From the IMG/VR virus record IMGVR_UViG_3300049846_001486, positions 1-64,000 of that record: a DNA stretch of 64,000 nt; one strand, 5' to 3'. Shown here one piece after another: positions 60,751-64,000 of this stretch; the first letter of the stretch is position 1, and every line of letters begins with the position of its first letter. Origin of the DNA: a virus (taxonomy: Duplodnaviria > Heunggongvirae > Uroviricota > Caudoviricetes). The notes below the pieces were generated by a model. That model saw nothing but the letters and a program-made list of their open reading frames with translations, was not told the DNA's origin and did not search any database. The position numbers were made by a program, and so were the translations under genes.

Positions 60751-63120
60751 ATGAAAGATAAGTTAATTCTTTCGGCTTACGGCTCACATAACGCAGCAAT
60801 AGCCATGTATTACAAAGGCCAGTATCATGTAGTAGAAGTAGAGCGTTGGCTAAACTACAAAAATATCGGTCTTAGCAACTATATGCCAGTTCGCAATATG
60901 CAATTGGTATTCGACCAAATAACCGAATGGTTATTGAATAAGACTGATAGAAGCGATGTTGATGTATTCTTGACCGACTATCTACCTCACATAGTTCCTA
61001 AGTTTAATTACAAGGAAAAAATCGGTTTCGAGCATCATATGGGTCATGCCGCCACCGCTTTCTATCAGTCTCCATATCAAAAATCCTTAGTCTTCACCTT
61101 CGATGGTGGCGGCGATGGTGCCTATTTCAATGTATATCTAGCTGATAGACATAAGGGAATAGAGTTGATTGACAAGTTCAATCAAGATTTAGGATTCCCA
61201 TACATGATTCTTTCGGATTATCTAAAGGATATCAAGAAAGAATCATTGACCATAGCTAACTTGGTCTATGCCGGTAAACTTATGGGATTATGCTCATACG
61301 GTAAAGTACAGGAAGAATGGCTACCCCACTTCGATGCTTTCTATGATAAGTTCAATTATTTCGGTAATGCCTATATCGGTGGGGCCGAAGCTAGATATTC
61401 TGCCATCACAGAATTGATGACAGCTATTGGTGTTGAAGATTTCGACTTTGAAGATACTAGATTGGAAGGGCAGATTGCTTGGGATATAGCAGCAACTACC
61501 CAAGCCGCTTTCGAGAGGCAGTTCTTCAAGTATGCTCAAAAGTTCTTAGATATGTACCCAGACCTTCCGGTATGTTTGGCTGGCGGTTGCGCTTTGAATG
61601 TTCTTTTGAACACTAAGATTTTACAGCAAAGAGGCGGTAATGTATTCATTCCACCAAACTCAAATGACTGTGGTATAGCAGTAGGCGGATTGTTGTGGTA
61701 TCAAAAGCCCCAGCATCAAGTTGATTTAACTTATTCAGGCTTGCCGATAATGGACGAGACTGAATTGGGAATCTATTTAGAAGACCACAAATTTGATGTT
61801 GTGGAAAATGTTTCATTGAAAGAACTGGCAGCATTCTTAGCCAAGAATTACATTGTAGGATTCATACAAGGCAACTCTGAACACGGAGCTAGAGCCTTGG
61901 GTAACAGAAGTATATTGTGTAATCCTGTCGGGAACATGAAAGATGTTATAAACGATAAAGTGAAACATAGAGAATGGTACAGACCATTCGCCCCTATGGT
62001 GCGTCTGGAAGATGTGGATAAGTATTTCGATGGTTTCATCGGAGAATCCAGACACATGACCTTCGTTGCTACGGTACGCGAAGAATGGAGAGATAAGTTA
62101 CCAGCTATTACTCACGAAGATAATACTGGTAGAATCCAAACCTTGACCAGAACCCAAAACGAAAAAATTTATGACTTGATTACAGAGTTTGAAACTTTCT
62201 CTGGGCACGGAGTCTTGTTGAACACTTCGTTCAACATAAACGGCAAGCCTATATTGACAAGATACGCAGATGCCTTGAGCTTGTTAGAAAGCTCGCAGAT
62301 GGATGCAGTATACTTTGCTGATAGAAAGATTCTAGTATTCAAGAGAAACGAATCCAAATCCTTTACGAAATCTTTAGAGAAAACTGATGGTATGGCTCCA
62401 TTGCTCTTGGAAACTACCGTAAATGTGATGGTATTCCCGGAAACAGCCGAAGAACTAACGGACAAATATATAAATGATTTGGTTAAAGTTTCCAAGTCGG
62501 TCCCGTATTTGACCATAGTTACTACTGAAGAATATGCTCAAATTATCAACAGAAGCATAACAGGAAACAATGTTAGATATCATTATATCGGTGATAACAG
62601 ACTGTACTATTCTCATGTTATAGAGAAAGCAAAGAGTCTGTATCCTTCGTATAAGACCAATAAAATACATTATTTCTCTAAATTCATAACAATCTTATGG
62701 GCTAAAGAGGTTCTCAGAGATAATGTATTCGGAACTAAATATCATGTATTCATAGACCCATCACAGTTTACGGAAAATTTCTCATATAATTTCGTAAGAG
62801 ATGTTTCTATACTAGCTTTGGCTGCAAAGATTGACGAGTTCAAGATATTAGTATCTGCAACTAAGAAACCTATAGATAGTTCCATACCAGAAGAATATCT
62901 TACTAAGAAGTACGAGAAAATGCCAGATATGGCTCCGCTACCTGCCATTATTGCTGGTAATGTCGAGTCTATAGAATGGTTAAGCTCCAATTTTGAGGGT
63001 ATGATATTGTGGCACGGGCAGCAGCGCCTAGTAACAAAGGCTGCTGATTTCATGTTAGCTTCTGCCGCAGAATATGAACATATGTACAAATATTTACCGG
63101 TGGAAAATAACGATGATTAA
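60751..63120 (+). CDS. NodU/CmcH/TobZ-family O-carbamoyltransferase with a roughly 250-aa C-terminal extension
   Basis: N-terminal Kae1/YgjD-like domain (LSAYGSHNAAIAMY, GFEHHMGHAATAF) and the C-terminal carbamoyltransferase motif GNSEHGARALGNRSILCNP. Confidence 0.8.
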   Translation: MKDKLILSAYGSHNAAIAMYYKGQYHVVEVERWLNYKNIGLSNYMPVRNMQLVFDQITEWLLNKTDRSDVDVFLTDYLPHIVPKFNYKEKIGFEHHMGHAATAFYQSPYQKSLVFTFDGGGDGAYFNVYLADRHKGIELIDKFNQDLGFPYMILSDYLKDIKKESLTIANLVYAGKLMGLCSYGKVQEEWLPHFDAFYDKFNYFGNAYIGGAEARYSAITELMTAIGVEDFDFEDTRLEGQIAWDIAATTQAAFERQFFKYAQKFLDMYPDLPVCLAGGCALNVLLNTKILQQRGGNVFIPPNSNDCGIAVGGLLWYQKPQHQVDLTYSGLPIMDETELGIYLEDHKFDVVENVSLKELAAFLAKNYIVGFIQGNSEHGARALGNRSILCNPVGNMKDVINDKVKHREWYRPFAPMVRLEDVDKYFDGFIGESRHMTFVATVREEWRDKLPAITHEDNTGRIQTLTRTQNEKIYDLITEFETFSGHGVLLNTSFNINGKPILTRYADALSLLESSQMDAVYFADRKILVFKRNESKSFTKSLEKTDGMAPLLLETTVNVMVFPETAEELTDKYINDLVKVSKSVPYLTIVTTEEYAQIINRSITGNNVRYHYIGDNRLYYSHVIEKAKSLYPSYKTNKIHYFSKFITILWAKEVLRDNVFGTKYHVFIDPSQFTENFSYNFVRDVSILALAAKIDEFKILVSATKKPIDSSIPEEYLTKKYEKMPDMAPLPAIIAGNVESIEWLSSNFEGMILWHGQQRLVTKAADFMLASAAEYEHMYKYLPVENNDD

Positions 63121-64000
63121 ATTTGTAACGGGTCTTTATAACTGGATGCATAATACAAAAATGAACGGAAGGAACGGTAGAGAATTCTACTATATGTTCT
63201 CTCTTCGTTCATTAGCTAATATGAAAAGTGAAATCATATGCTATACGACCAACAAAGAAATTGAATTCATGGGAGACTTCTTAGAACAACAGAAGGATGC
63301 CATGACTAATGTTATATTCGTTGATAGACCGTTGACGAATTATCGTCATCATAATAGAGTTATGGAAATTAAGGATGAGAACCCATTTTACTATACTGAA
63401 CCTTCTTGGATGGATAGAAATATAGAAATCATGTGGGGTAAATTTGATTGGATGGAAGAACAAATGCAATCAATGGGCGATGACGATTATATGTTCTGGG
63501 TTGATGTTGGAATATCGCACGGTGGCATTTTCCCAAATCGTTTGAATCCATACTTCGACAATCCAGACTTCTTCATCAAGAGGCCGGAATTAGGTGATGT
63601 AGTTAATGACAATAGCATTCACAGTAAATTCCAATATAAGTTCAGATTCGAGAGAATTTTCAACGAGAATTTCCCAAAGAAATTACAGGAATATGCCGGA
63701 GATAAATTAGTCCTAGTTGCAGGAAATCACCCACAGCACAATGATGCTTGGCCTTTGGAGTTCAATATAAAGGTACATTTGTACCCAATCGGCGGTATCT
63801 TCGGTGGTAAGAAGAAAGTCTTGATGCCATTTATTCGTGAATTCAGAAAAATATCCGAATACTTGTTGAACGAGGGATATCTCGTTAAAGAAGAACAGAT
63901 AATGCACTATTTGATTAATGTTGATGAAGATTTTGATAAGTACAAAATCTTCAATTTCCAAACATGGTACCATGATGATTGGGGTGATGAATGGAAGACT
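63113..64000 (+). CDS. hypothetical protein, N-terminal 296 aa (continues beyond the window); possibly another glycan-modifying enzyme
   Basis: ATG overlaps the carbamoyltransferase stop (ATGATTAA). The frame stays open to the window end. Confidence 0.4.
   Translation, partial: MIKFVTGLYNWMHNTKMNGRNGREFYYMFSLRSLANMKSEIICYTTNKEIEFMGDFLEQQKDAMTNVIFVDRPLTNYRHHNRVMEIKDENPFYYTEPSWMDRNIEIMWGKFDWMEEQMQSMGDDDYMFWVDVGISHGGIFPNRLNPYFDNPDFFIKRPELGDVVNDNSIHSKFQYKFRFERIFNENFPKKLQEYAGDKLVLVAGNHPQHNDAWPLEFNIKVHLYPIGGIFGGKKKVLMPFIREFRKISEYLLNEGYLVKEEQIMHYLINVDEDFDKYKIFNFQTWYHDDWGDEWKT

Noticed and set aside
1-64000. Alternative genetic code (TGA to Trp or TAG to Gln recoding) explaining the suppressor tRNA
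   Set aside because: All large genes, including a 4457-codon one, are intact under the standard code with no in-frame TAG or TGA, so genome-wide recoding is not supported within this window. The CUA tRNA is reported as a putative suppressor, not as evidence of a recoded genome.

Overview
This 64 kb window is a segment of a T4-like myovirus genome. It is AT-rich, uses strong Shine-Dalgarno sites, and nearly all stop codons are TAA. Recognisable T4-core genes are the Rad50/Mre11-like gp46/gp47 pair, the late sigma factor gp55, portal gp20, prohead protease gp21, a baseplate block in T4 order (gp53-like, gp5-like spike, gp25, gp6-like), tail sheath and tube with their own intrinsic terminators, family-B DNA polymerase gp43, a gp45-like clamp, RNase H, a DinG/XPD-like helicase and a RuvC-like resolvase. 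TATAAATA-like late-promoter motifs precede many structural genes. The left end is an accessory block on the minus strand with a metallophosphatase, two tRNAs, an SPFH protein, peptide deformylase, a DprA/SLOG-like protein and a PTH2 peptidyl-tRNA hydrolase. One tRNA folds with a CUA (amber-reading) anticodon, and the other carries a 39-nt insertion in its anticodon arm. The most striking element is a 4457-aa ORF at the gp7 position of the baseplate module. It contains a roughly 950-aa Thr/Pro hexapeptide-repeat (mucin-like) domain and a C-terminal Cys-containing Ig/SprB-like domain. Elsewhere in the window are a polypeptide-O-glycosyltransferase-like GT-A enzyme with a DxH motif, a NodU/CmcH carbamoyltransferase, a further partial ORF and a P4H-like 2OG oxygenase. 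I propose that these form a previously undescribed mucin-type O-glycan modification system acting on the giant virion protein.
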